Source: Isosphaeraceae bacterium (GTDB lineage Bacteria > Planctomycetota > Planctomycetia > Isosphaerales > Isosphaeraceae). Taken from it: a stretch of DNA of 64,000 bases. The position numbers were made by a program, and so were the translations under genes. Under the pieces are notes generated by a model. The model did no database searches. It was given only the letters and a program-made list of their open reading frames with translations, and was not told the DNA's origin. Within the stretch, counting starts at the first letter, position 1. Each line of letters starts with the position of its first letter. Shown here one piece after another: positions 39,955-48,679 of this stretch. The stretch is from contig CBDAVP010000003.1 in assembly GCA_965201075.1 (NCBI GenBank), forward strand, positions 124,001 through 188,000, given 5' to 3'.

Positions 39955-42900
39955 GTGCGGGGTTCCGTCCCGAACAACGGTTGCGTCCGCCTGGCCCTCG
40001 CGGTCGGGCTGGCGCTTCTGGCCGCCCTTTCGACCGCTCGGGCCCAGTCCGGCGGCGACGAGGCAAGTCCCGGCGCCGCCGGTGGGCTTCGCCAGTTGGC
40101 CGATCCGATCGTCCTGCGGGCCGACCGGATCGTCTCCTGGGACGCCGACGGCCGAGGCTGGGCCATCCTCGATGGCGACGCCGCCGCCTACGTGGGCACC
40201 GAGGGCGACCGCGCCCGTCGGGCGGTGGTCCGCTATGGACCCGACCCCCAAAACCCGGACGTCGTGGTCGCCGAGCTTTACGCAGAGCGCGACGGCCAGA
40301 CCCGAGGCGATCGGCGTAAAGGGAACTCGTTCCGCAAGGTCTTGCGTACACCCCGAGCCGTGACGCTCGAACCTTTCGCGAATGGACGGGTGGAACGGCT
40401 CAAGGCGGCGCCGACGGGCGGTTGGGAAGCGCTGATCCTCGAAAGCGCCTTCCCCAGGCCAGTCGCCGCCGCGAAACCCAAGGCTCCGACCCAGGTGGCT
40501 CGGCCGCCGGATGTCCCGGCAACCTCCGAGCCGATCCAGTCCAACGACCCGATCGCGGACGTCACGCCCCTCCCGACGCGGCCCACACCTGCGGTCGCGG
40601 AGCGATCGGCCACGGAAGTCGTCTCGGCGGTCGAGCCAATTACGACGTCCGAGCCAGCGCGGACGGTCCCGAAGGTCGAGCCCGCGGGGGCGTCCCCGCC
40701 CGCGCAGCCTTTGCCCGAATTGCCCGACCCGGGCGTTGTCCCGACGCAATTCCAGGGGCCGGGCTTTGGCGGAGGGCCGGGGGTCGAGACCGATCCCTTG
40801 CCCGAGCTTGACCCTTTGGTCCCCGCGCAACCCGGTCAGATGCCTTCGGGTGGGGCGCCCCTGGATGACTTGCCGCCGGTCGAGGGATTCCCGGACCTCG
40901 TCCCCGGACCCGAGCCCGTGCCGTCGCCCGTGCCGTCGCCCGTGCCGACTCCCGTTCCGGTCGAGACCGACCCGCTGAACCTCCCCAATGTCAGCCCCAT
41001 CCTTCCAGGGACGCAGCGGGTGGTGGATATCCGTCCGCGCAACGGCGGTGAGGCTTACACCATCAAATCGCTGCCCAAGCTGGCCGATGGGACCGAAACG
41101 TACATCATCACCGGCGGGGTCAACGTCCTCATCAACACTCCACCGTCGGCCAACCCCGCCGTGAAGGCGAGCGGGCCGAAGGGGACGACCGACCTTTCGG
41201 CCGATAGCGTGGTGGTCTGGCGGCGATCGGTCAAGAATCCCCAGGGGAACCAGGGGCTGGGGGATCAGTTCGCCCAGGAGGCCGACGACTTCCTGGAGTT
41301 TTACCTGGAAGGTCACGTCGTCGTCCGCACCGATGACCGCCTCCTGGCCGGTCAGGACGACTCGAAAACCTATCAGGCCGCTCAGGCGTATTACGACGCC
41401 AAGCTCAAGCGATTCCTGGGGCTGGACGCGGAACTGTCGCAGTTCGCGCCGGGGCTGATCACGCCGCTGCGGATCAAGAGCCCGAGGATTCAGCAGTACA
41501 CCGACCTTTTGCCGGACAAGGATGGGCGGCTCGCGCCGATCGGTCCGTCGCTGACCCGGGCCGACAAGACCATGACGACCGGCAGCCGGTTCCCGTACCC
41601 CGGCTACAGCTTCAATAGCCGGACGGTGGACATCACCGAGGAACCGCTCGACCCCGACGATCCCAGGGCCCAAAAGCTCAAGCGCGGCCGTCGAGGGACG
41701 CGGCGGACCAAGCAAAAGTTGATCGAGGCGCGACAAAACCTGTTCTTCGTCGGGAATCTCCCGGTCTTCTACTGGCCGCGGATGGTGATCGACCCCGACG
41801 ACCCGACCCCGCCGTTGCAGAACATCTTGTACCTCTACAACAATTACTTCGGCCAGATGATCCTGACCGACTGGAACGGGTTCAAGCTGTTTGGCCTGAC
41901 CAAGCCCGACCCAACCAAGGAATTCACGGTTGATACCTGGAACGTCGACATCGACGTGCTGACCCGCCGCGGACCGGCCTTGGGGACCGAGTTCGCCTAC
42001 TTCGGCGAGCAGTTGTTCAACAACACAATCAGCCCGCACGACGGCTACTTGAATCTGTGGGGAATCTACGACCGGAGCTTCGACGTGCTGGGCGGCGGTC
42101 CGGCGATCGTGACCGACTCGCCCAACCCGCTGGCCGGGGTCCACCCGGATAATCCGTTTGGACCGGGTCGCGCCCGGTTCGACCGTAGCGCCGTGCCGCC
42201 TTACCAGCGGTTCCGCGGGCGGGTCGAATTCAAGGAGATGATGCAGATCTTGCCGGAGGACGCGGCGCTGGACGAGGATTTCCGCCTCCAGTTCAACGCG
42301 GCTTATGTGTCGGACCGTCACTTCCTGGAAGAGTATTACAAGCGCCTCTTCGACGTCGGGCCGGACCAGGAAACGATCATCTACGGCATCCGCCAGGAGC
42401 AGAACCGGGCGTTTACCTTCGATGCCTCGGCCAATCTCCAGAACTTCTATACCGCGACGCAGGATTTCCCCGCCTTGAAGTATTACCGGCTGGGGGACTC
42501 GCTGCTGGGCGACCGGCTGACCAACTTCTTCAACGCCGGGGCCAACTACTCCAACGTCCACTCGGCCATCGAGGTCGGCAACGCCAACGTCTTCGCCTTC
42601 CTGCCGACCGACCCGGTTTCCAACACCGGCCGGCCTGGGTTCACCAGCGGCCGGTTCTTCCTGGCCGACGAACTGGATGCGCCCCTGGACTTCGGGTTTT
42701 TCAAGCTGACTCCTTACCTCCAAGGGCAGGTGGTTGGCTGGGACAACCAGATCAACAACAACGGCGCGGTGGGCCGCTACATGGGGGCGGCGGGGGGACG
42801 AGCCAGCGCGATCGCCTGGCGAAAGTACTCCGGCGATTGGACCGAGAGCGAACTGCTGAATATCCACGGGTTGAATCACAAAATTCAATTCGAGGTCGAT

Positions 42901-43770
42901 GCGCGATTCGCCTACTCCAACGTCGGACTCAACAGCCTTGGCGTGCAGGACCAGCTTGACGACAACACTTATGAGTTCGTCCGCCGCTACTTTGCCATGA
43001 GCCAGTTCACCAACGCCGTGCTGCCGATGCAGTACGACCCGAGACTCTTGCTACTGAGGCGGGCAATCTCGCCGATCACCGGCTCGACCGACATTCAAGG
43101 CAGCATGGACACCGTAAGGTTTGGGATCAACCAGAGGCTGCAAACTCGACGAGGCCCCGACGGTCGCAAGCGAGTGGTCGATTACATGGTCTTTGACGTC
43201 CAATCGACCTACTTTCCGAACTCCTCAAGGGACAACTTCAACAAGCCGTTCGGTCAGACGATGTACAACTATGAGTGGTATCTTGGCGACCGGACCAGCT
43301 TCACCTCGACGGGTTGGTTTGAGTTCTTCGACATCACCGGCGGGAAGCCGCTGTTTACCTCGGGCAATCCGCAGAACGCGAGCAATCCGTTGCAGTTCTC
43401 AGTCATCACGGCGGGATTCAGCAAAAACCTGCCTCCCCGGGCGACCGGGTACATTGGGTACTCGATCATCAACACCGGGCCAATCAATACCTCGGCCTTG
43501 ACGCTGTCGTCGAGCTACCTGTTGAGCCCGAAGTGGTACATGACGTTCTCGACGATGTATGACTTCGGCAACAAGCGATGGCTGTCGGCGTCGTGCTCGG
43601 TGACCAAGATCGGGGCTGACTTCCTGACCTCGATCGGTTTCAACGCCGACCCTCAGCGGCAAGCCGTGACGGCGGGCATCCAGGTCACGCCGAGGATCAG
43701 CCCGAATATTCGACTCGGCTCGTCGTCGGGGCTGCCCCAGATCGACACGCGATTCGCGCCGACCCAGTGA
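39955..43770 (+). CDS. lptD: LptD/OstA-like outer-membrane beta-barrel protein (long form)
   Basis: GTG start after GGAGG; signal peptide ending ARA; Pro-rich linker; EARQNLFFVGNLPVFYWP, SDRHFLEEYY, QRLQTRRG and an aromatic-rich beta-strand C-terminal half. Confidence 0.75.
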   Translation: MRGSVPNNGCVRLALAVGLALLAALSTARAQSGGDEASPGAAGGLRQLADPIVLRADRIVSWDADGRGWAILDGDAAAYVGTEGDRARRAVVRYGPDPQNPDVVVAELYAERDGQTRGDRRKGNSFRKVLRTPRAVTLEPFANGRVERLKAAPTGGWEALILESAFPRPVAAAKPKAPTQVARPPDVPATSEPIQSNDPIADVTPLPTRPTPAVAERSATEVVSAVEPITTSEPARTVPKVEPAGASPPAQPLPELPDPGVVPTQFQGPGFGGGPGVETDPLPELDPLVPAQPGQMPSGGAPLDDLPPVEGFPDLVPGPEPVPSPVPSPVPTPVPVETDPLNLPNVSPILPGTQRVVDIRPRNGGEAYTIKSLPKLADGTETYIITGGVNVLINTPPSANPAVKASGPKGTTDLSADSVVVWRRSVKNPQGNQGLGDQFAQEADDFLEFYLEGHVVVRTDDRLLAGQDDSKTYQAAQAYYDAKLKRFLGLDAELSQFAPGLITPLRIKSPRIQQYTDLLPDKDGRLAPIGPSLTRADKTMTTGSRFPYPGYSFNSRTVDITEEPLDPDDPRAQKLKRGRRGTRRTKQKLIEARQNLFFVGNLPVFYWPRMVIDPDDPTPPLQNILYLYNNYFGQMILTDWNGFKLFGLTKPDPTKEFTVDTWNVDIDVLTRRGPALGTEFAYFGEQLFNNTISPHDGYLNLWGIYDRSFDVLGGGPAIVTDSPNPLAGVHPDNPFGPGRARFDRSAVPPYQRFRGRVEFKEMMQILPEDAALDEDFRLQFNAAYVSDRHFLEEYYKRLFDVGPDQETIIYGIRQEQNRAFTFDASANLQNFYTATQDFPALKYYRLGDSLLGDRLTNFFNAGANYSNVHSAIEVGNANVFAFLPTDPVSNTGRPGFTSGRFFLADELDAPLDFGFFKLTPYLQGQVVGWDNQINNNGAVGRYMGAAGGRASAIAWRKYSGDWTESELLNIHGLNHKIQFEVDARFAYSNVGLNSLGVQDQLDDNTYEFVRRYFAMSQFTNAVLPMQYDPRLLLLRRAISPITGSTDIQGSMDTVRFGINQRLQTRRGPDGRKRVVDYMVFDVQSTYFPNSSRDNFNKPFGQTMYNYEWYLGDRTSFTSTGWFEFFDITGGKPLFTSGNPQNASNPLQFSVITAGFSKNLPPRATGYIGYSIINTGPINTSALTLSSSYLLSPKWYMTFSTMYDFGNKRWLSASCSVTKIGADFLTSIGFNADPQRQAVTAGIQVTPRISPNIRLGSSSGLPQIDTRFAPTQ
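40915..40962 (+). repeat. 12-bp coding tandem repeat (PVPS-like x4, degenerate)
   Basis: CCCGTGCCGTCG x2, CCCGTGCCGACT, CCCGTTCCGGTC. Confidence 0.85.
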
Positions 43771-43771
43771 T

Positions 43772-45040
43772 CTAATCATGAAGAATCCCCCAACCCCTAT
43801 TGACCACCACGCCAGCCGAATGGCCGGTCCGCACTCGGTGCCGGGGGACGACGGTCCCCGGTCCCTGGCGGCGCAGGCGGGCCGGCCGACGTTCCGCGCC
43901 AAGTTCGCCGCGGGCCTTCGCGGTTTGAAGTACGCCTTGCGGGGGGATTCCAGCTTCTTCGCGCACGCCTATCGAGGGCTGCTGATCGCCCTGACCGCCG
44001 GGTTGCTGGGAGTCGGCCCGCTGGGATGGTGCCTGATCATCATTGGCGCGGCGATGGTTTTGATCGCCGAACTGATGAACAGCGCCATCGACACTCTGGC
44101 CCGCGCCCTGGGCGATCCCGAGCAGCCCGGCCTGAAGATGGCCCGGGAAATCGCCACCGGTGGAGTCCTGGTCGCCGCGACGACCTCCGGCGCGATCAGT
44201 GTTTTGGTCCTGCTGCTGAAACTCAACGAGATGTTGAACCTTTGGCGCTGATCCGGTCGCCCTCGGTTTCGAACGAAGGGACTGAGCCCCGACCCACCCG
44301 CGACATCGGGGGGGATCGGTGCTCGCGAGGTTATGCCACGACGTCGTGGAAACCCCGCCGCCCACTAGGGGCTGATCGGGTTGGACCGGGTCGGGACTGG
44401 TTCGCTTCGGCAACAGGAAGGGGACGGAGAATCGATCGAGATCCATCCTCCGTGTGGGCCCGAGTTTATCGAACCGGTAGTCCCGGGTCAAACGAAGTTT
44501 GCGCGAGTGTTCCTTGAAAAACGGAAGATGATCTTCGGCCGATTCGGGGACGGGGGTTGCTCTTTCATGCAGGGCGGCGTGAGCGGCGTCGTCGGCGGGG
44601 CGGGTGTCGCGGCCCCGGGCGTGGGTGACTTCGATCCGATTAAGATATTTGACGTTTGCACAATCGTCGAGTTCGCCGCCGGAACAGGCCGAAGGGTCGC
44701 GGATGACCAGTCGGAACGGGCCGCCCCGGGCGACCGACAGGGGTTCGTCGTCCAAGCGGTAGACGACGGCCGCCTCGGCACGCAGCGGGGCCAGCGGGAC
44801 CGAGACGTGGTAATCGTCGCGGGTGGCATGGAGCGTGATATGCGTCGCATCGGGATCGGGACGGGCCTGGTCCAGCAGGGCACTGAGCCAGATTCCATCG
44901 CCGCGGCGGTCGGGGTGGAATCGTGAGACGTCGGCGACCTGACAGGGTTCGGGCCACGCGGCGAGGTCCTCGGCCGTCAATTCCAGAGGATGAGCCACGG
45001 CGCCGTCGATCCGCAGAACTCTCGACGCGGGATCATCCAC
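43772..45040 (-). CDS. Molybdopterin-dependent oxidoreductase-like small domain protein; recognisable part ~45040-44550, but ORF stays open to 43772
   Basis: LRIDGAV.HPL.LT..DL, YRLDDEPL...GGPFRLVI, NVKYL.RIEV motifs; GTG start overlaps the upstream gene end. Confidence 0.7.
   Translation of the reverse strand: MDDPASRVLRIDGAVAHPLELTAEDLAAWPEPCQVADVSRFHPDRRGDGIWLSALLDQARPDPDATHITLHATRDDYHVSVPLAPLRAEAAVVYRLDDEPLSVARGGPFRLVIRDPSACSGGELDDCANVKYLNRIEVTHARGRDTRPADDAAHAALHERATPVPESAEDHLPFFKEHSRKLRLTRDYRFDKLGPTRRMDLDRFSVPFLLPKRTSPDPVQPDQPLVGGGVSTTSWHNLASTDPPRCRGWVGAQSLRSKPRATGSAPKVQHLVEFQQQDQNTDRAGGRRGDQDSTGGDFPGHLQAGLLGIAQGAGQSVDGAVHQFGDQNHRRANDDQAPSQRADSQQPGGQGDQQPSIGVREEAGIPPQGVLQTAKARGELGAERRPARLRRQGPGTVVPRHRVRTGHSAGVVVNRGWGILHD
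43778..44251 (+). CDS. dgkA: Diacylglycerol/undecaprenol kinase family protein
   Basis: KF..GLRG..A, VLIAELMNSAID, K.A.EIATGGVLV; three TM helices. Confidence 0.8.
   Translation: MKNPPTPIDHHASRMAGPHSVPGDDGPRSLAAQAGRPTFRAKFAAGLRGLKYALRGDSSFFAHAYRGLLIALTAGLLGVGPLGWCLIIIGAAMVLIAELMNSAIDTLARALGDPEQPGLKMAREIATGGVLVAATTSGAISVLVLLLKLNEMLNLWR
44258..44456 (-). ncRNA. Candidate stand-alone structured ncRNA (~200 nt)
   Basis: Own promoter; 5' hairpin, ~114-nt multi-stem domain, 3' hairpin; three G-U pairs on the minus strand that are A-C mismatches on the plus strand. Confidence 0.5.
44463..44491 (-). promoter_or_regulatory. sigma70-type promoter (minus strand)
   Basis: TTGACC-N17-TAAACT read on the minus strand. 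Confidence 0.65.
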
Positions 45041-45590
45041 GGGTCGCCTCTCCCGAGCCGACGATGGGGGCGATTTCCTGCGGAAAACCACAAGCCGCCG
45101 CAACCTGGGTGGCCAGGTTGGCGGTTGAGCCCGTCTCGATTTCCTCGGGGGTTTGCCTGCTTAGGTCCATGAAGGCTGGCGGGACGAAGAGCGACGGGTC
45201 GTTCAGGTTGACCACGGACTCGGGGCCGGCGAGGCGCGCGATTTGTCGCCCTTTGGCCTGGTCCACTCGCTCGATCCGGTCAAACTCGAGGAGTCGGTAG
45301 CGACGTTCCCAGCGGCTTCGCGGCGAGTGGCCGGTTTCCAGGACGCTCGCGGAATCCACGTCGATCACCACCAGGCGGCGGAAGGCGAGTGATTGGATTC
45401 CGATCAATAGGGCCGCCGCGGAGGTCGCCGCCAGGGCCAACGGCGCCGGGGCGGCCTGGATCTGTTTTAGACCGATCAACTCAGAGACACTTCCCCAGCC
45501 GATGATGAGACCGAAGGGGAGCAGGACCAGACCGATCCAGCGGTTGCGACGTGCGGGCTGCTGGATTTCAATGGCGCGCGATGTTGTCAT
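45033..45590 (-). CDS. Hypothetical membrane protein (2 TM plus soluble domain)
   Basis: Two hydrophobic helices; tightly packed between the Hsp70 and Mo-domain genes. Confidence 0.65.
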   Translation of the reverse strand: MTTSRAIEIQQPARRNRWIGLVLLPFGLIIGWGSVSELIGLKQIQAAPAPLALAATSAAALLIGIQSLAFRRLVVIDVDSASVLETGHSPRSRWERRYRLLEFDRIERVDQAKGRQIARLAGPESVVNLNDPSLFVPPAFMDLSRQTPEEIETGSTANLATQVAAACGFPQEIAPIVGSGEATRG

Positions 45591-45598
45591 GGGGTGGG

Positions 45599-47410
45599 TT
45601 AGCCCTCGGCTGGGTCTCGGACGTTGTATTCGAGCTTCCAGCGCCCGGGTTGTCGAGTTCCTTGACACCAGAGGTCCAGGGTGCCGACCTCGGTGACGTG
45701 GGCCTGGAGGCGCACCGGCACGACCTGACCTTCGGACTGGCCCTCAACGGGGAGGGTCGCTTCCAGGGGGTCGAGCTCCTGGAGGTCCTCGGCCGACCAG
45801 CGGTCGAGGACGGTGCCGATGCGGTCGTCTCGACGGGTGGTCGAGCCGAGGAAGCGGAACTCGGCGGGCTCTCCCACGACGAGGTTGAACTCGGGGCCCG
45901 GCACGTCGGCCTCGGTGCCTTCTTCCATCCCCATGGGCGCGACGCACAAGGCCTTGATCGGCGGGGCGAGCCCGGGGACCGCCGGGGCGTTGGTTTCGAT
46001 GCCAATGTAATAGGAGCGGGCCACTCCTCCCCGAATGCGCACCCCCTTGCCGCGACGGACCAGACCGTAATAAGCCGCCCCGCGAGCGACGGCCAGGTCG
46101 AGGTCGGTCGACTCCAGGGCCGGCACCGGTGCGCCGGTCCAGTCGGCCAGGACCTCGGCGATTCGGGTTCTCAGGGGCGAGGCGCGAAAGACGCCTCCGT
46201 TGAACAGGACGGCGGAGGGTTTGAGCGGCTCCCCGGCGTGCAGCGAGCTGGCCTGGCGGTTGAGGAACCTGGCGAGGTGGCGGGTGATGCCGGGGTCGGA
46301 TTCATAGGGGAGGCCAATCTCGGCCAGGCCGAGGCGACGCCCGCGGGCCGGGGTGTCGGTTGGCTGGCAGAGGGGGAAGAAGCCGTCGAGGAGGATGGAT
46401 TCCAAGGTTGTCCGCGAAAGCTCGGCGCGGGTCGTGCCGCCGATGACCTTGGAGCCTCGACCCAGGACCGCCACGGGGGCCGAGGGGCGATCGGGGTGGT
46501 TGAAGAGGGTTTCCTTGGCGCCTCGGGCGGCGTGGGTCAGGCCGATTTTCTGGAGAGGGTCCAGGGCGTCCATCCCGCCGGGAAGGGTGGCGGCGATCGC
46601 GTGGGCCAGGGCCAGGTCCATGTTGTCGCCGCCCAGGAGGATGTGGTCGCCCACGGCCACTCGGGTCAGGCCGAGGTCTCCCCCCTCATCGTTGACGGCG
46701 ATCAAAGTCAGGTCGGTCGTGCCGCCGCCGACGTCGCAGATCAAAAGGCGGTCGCCGGCCTTGACCCGTTTACGCCAGTTTTCCCCCTGGACCGAGAGCC
46801 AGGCATAAAAGGCGGCCTGGGGCTCTTCCAGCAGGGTGATGTTCTCCAGGCCGGCGGCGTGGGCGGCCTCCACGGTGAGTTCGCGAGCTGCGGCGTCGAA
46901 CGAGGCGGGGACCGTGAGCAGAATCTCCTGGCGGGCGAGGCGGTCGTCGGCCGTTTTGCCGGCGATCTCCTGGTCCCAGGCGTCTCGGAGGTGGGCCAGG
47001 TAGGCGGTTGATGCCTCGACGGCCGAGACCTTGGCGACTCCCTCGATGGCCCGCCAGGGGAGGATGGCCCCTCGGGGATCGGCTCCGGGCTGCGAGAGCC
47101 AGCTTTTGGCTGAGGAGACGAGGCGGCCCGGCACCTTGGCTCCGTGGTCCCGTGCGAAGGCGCCGACGGTCCGGCCCGGCTTCTTCTTCCAGGGGAGGTC
47201 GAGGCTATCGGGCGGGAATTCCTTGTCGGCGGGCAGGTACAGGAACGAAGGCAGTACCGATGCGGCCTTGATGTCGTTGAGGCCGACGACCTGGGGGATT
47301 GGCAGCGTGCGAATCGTCGCCGAGAGGCTTTCGGTCGCCTCGCGAGTGTCGGCGTAGGACAGGGCGCAGTTGGTCGTCCCCAGGTCGATCCCCACCACGA
47401 AATTGGCCAT
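45599..47410 (-). CDS. Atypical Hsp70-family protein
   Basis: GIDLGTTN, TVPASFD, LLEEPQAAF, DVGGGTTD, LGGDNMD, AVARGAA; non-canonical C-terminus. Confidence 0.92.
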   Translation of the reverse strand: MANFVVGIDLGTTNCALSYADTREATESLSATIRTLPIPQVVGLNDIKAASVLPSFLYLPADKEFPPDSLDLPWKKKPGRTVGAFARDHGAKVPGRLVSSAKSWLSQPGADPRGAILPWRAIEGVAKVSAVEASTAYLAHLRDAWDQEIAGKTADDRLARQEILLTVPASFDAAARELTVEAAHAAGLENITLLEEPQAAFYAWLSVQGENWRKRVKAGDRLLICDVGGGTTDLTLIAVNDEGGDLGLTRVAVGDHILLGGDNMDLALAHAIAATLPGGMDALDPLQKIGLTHAARGAKETLFNHPDRPSAPVAVLGRGSKVIGGTTRAELSRTTLESILLDGFFPLCQPTDTPARGRRLGLAEIGLPYESDPGITRHLARFLNRQASSLHAGEPLKPSAVLFNGGVFRASPLRTRIAEVLADWTGAPVPALESTDLDLAVARGAAYYGLVRRGKGVRIRGGVARSYYIGIETNAPAVPGLAPPIKALCVAPMGMEEGTEADVPGPEFNLVVGEPAEFRFLGSTTRRDDRIGTVLDRWSAEDLQELDPLEATLPVEGQSEGQVVPVRLQAHVTEVGTLDLWCQGTRQPGRWKLEYNVRDPAEG

Positions 47411-47443
47411 CGACGCACCTCGGACGACTTGGGGAGATGAGGA

Positions 47444-47986
47444 TCAGGGTTTGGCGGCCGCCCGGGCCTCGTCGGCGGCGAGGGCCCGCCTCCGCTTGCG
47501 TTCCAGCAAGGTTGGCCAGGGATTTGCGCGGTCGGGGGGCCAGGGGCCCGACGCCTCGGGCTCGATTGCGAAGGGGGACCGGGAGGGGTGTCTGGGAATC
47601 AAAGCCCGGCGCGAGGTCCCGTCTCGCCGTCGCTTGCGGCCCAGCAGGACGCCCCAGGTGGTGGGGTCGAGCCTGGCCGGAACTTCGGTCAACCAGGTCG
47701 GGGCGGTCGGCTTGCCTGACGGGAGGGTCTTGGCTCCCACGGCTGGAAACCCATCGCCGGGGTCGATGAGGCCGCCTCGGCTGTTGCGAATTCCTTGACG
47801 GGCCGAGTGCACGACCCCGATGAGGATTCCGGCCGCGACCGAGAAGAGAAGGCCGAGGGCACTGATTCGGCCGAAGTCCCTCGGTAGATCGACGAATCGG
47901 CCGAGGACCACGATCCCGATCATGAACAGGGACGCACAGGCTGGGAGGGCCAGGGCGATCGACGATTTTGAACGGGCCGGGACCAT
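47444..47986 (-). CDS. Hypothetical membrane protein
   Basis: Two N-terminal TM helices, basic C-terminus; fills the gap between DUF2760 and Hsp70 genes. Confidence 0.5.
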   Translation of the reverse strand: MVPARSKSSIALALPACASLFMIGIVVLGRFVDLPRDFGRISALGLLFSVAAGILIGVVHSARQGIRNSRGGLIDPGDGFPAVGAKTLPSGKPTAPTWLTEVPARLDPTTWGVLLGRKRRRDGTSRRALIPRHPSRSPFAIEPEASGPWPPDRANPWPTLLERKRRRALAADEARAAAKP

Positions 47987-48028
47987 CGTCGTGTCTCCAA
48001 CGGTTCGGAACCCAACGGTTCGGGGCCG

Positions 48029-48505
48029 TCAGGCGATCTCGACCTCCGCTGGGGCCAGGACGGCCGAGTCGTCTCGGGCGCCCGGGATGACCGGGAGGTG
48101 GACCGTTCGGACTCGCCAGCCGTGGTGTTTGAGCACGCCCCGGAACGGTGGCGAACCTTTGACGGCGCCGGTGAGGCGGATTTCGGCGGGGTCGAAGTCG
48201 TGGGCCACCGTGACCGAATCGCCTTCCTGGGAGGAGAGGATCGGCTCGACGGTGAGATAGTCGCGCAACGCCTTGCGGCAGCCCTTGTGGATATCGCGGA
48301 CCGCGGCGCCGATCTCGTCGTTGGTGAAGCCGTCAATCTCTTCCTGGAGGAAGTCGACGAGGCGGCCATCGCGTTGCAGGACGGCCAGGACGCGCAGGTC
48401 GGGGCCGGCGGGGGCCTTGCGGACCACCTGCTCGACCCTCTGAGCCGTCGGCGCGTCGGTCAGGGTCAGCCATAACGCCTTGCAGGCCAGCAACAGGCGA
48501 TTCAA
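48029..48505 (-). CDS. DUF2760 domain protein
   Basis: LQRDGRLVDFLQE.I, IGAAVRDIH.GC, IRLTG, G.L.HHGWR, APAEVE. Confidence 0.9.
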   Translation of the reverse strand: MNRLLLACKALWLTLTDAPTAQRVEQVVRKAPAGPDLRVLAVLQRDGRLVDFLQEEIDGFTNDEIGAAVRDIHKGCRKALRDYLTVEPILSSQEGDSVTVAHDFDPAEIRLTGAVKGSPPFRGVLKHHGWRVRTVHLPVIPGARDDSAVLAPAEVEIA

Positions 48506-48679
48506 ACGGATCTCCCGCGATTGAGAATGAGAACACGACGCGACGGTGAGCGGGCACGAGAGCGCCCGCCGCGGACGTCGGTGAACTTCCCGATCTTAGC
48601 CAATCCTCCCACATGCTGACAACGCAAGGCCGTGCGAGGGGGATTGGTCTGGGTTTGAGAGCGTTCGCGGCCGTCGTTG

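Noticed and set aside
39610..42888. 1092-aa minus-strand ORF (likewise 14289-16589, 22939-25020, 32386-34707, 52573-54777)
   Set aside because: Antisense or off-frame shadows of well-supported genes; composition not protein-like
44368..44392. GGGGCTGATCGGGTTGGACCGGG resembles a tmRNA 5' end
   Set aside because: No matching T-arm/acceptor 3' end or tag peptide found; wobble pairs favour the opposite strand
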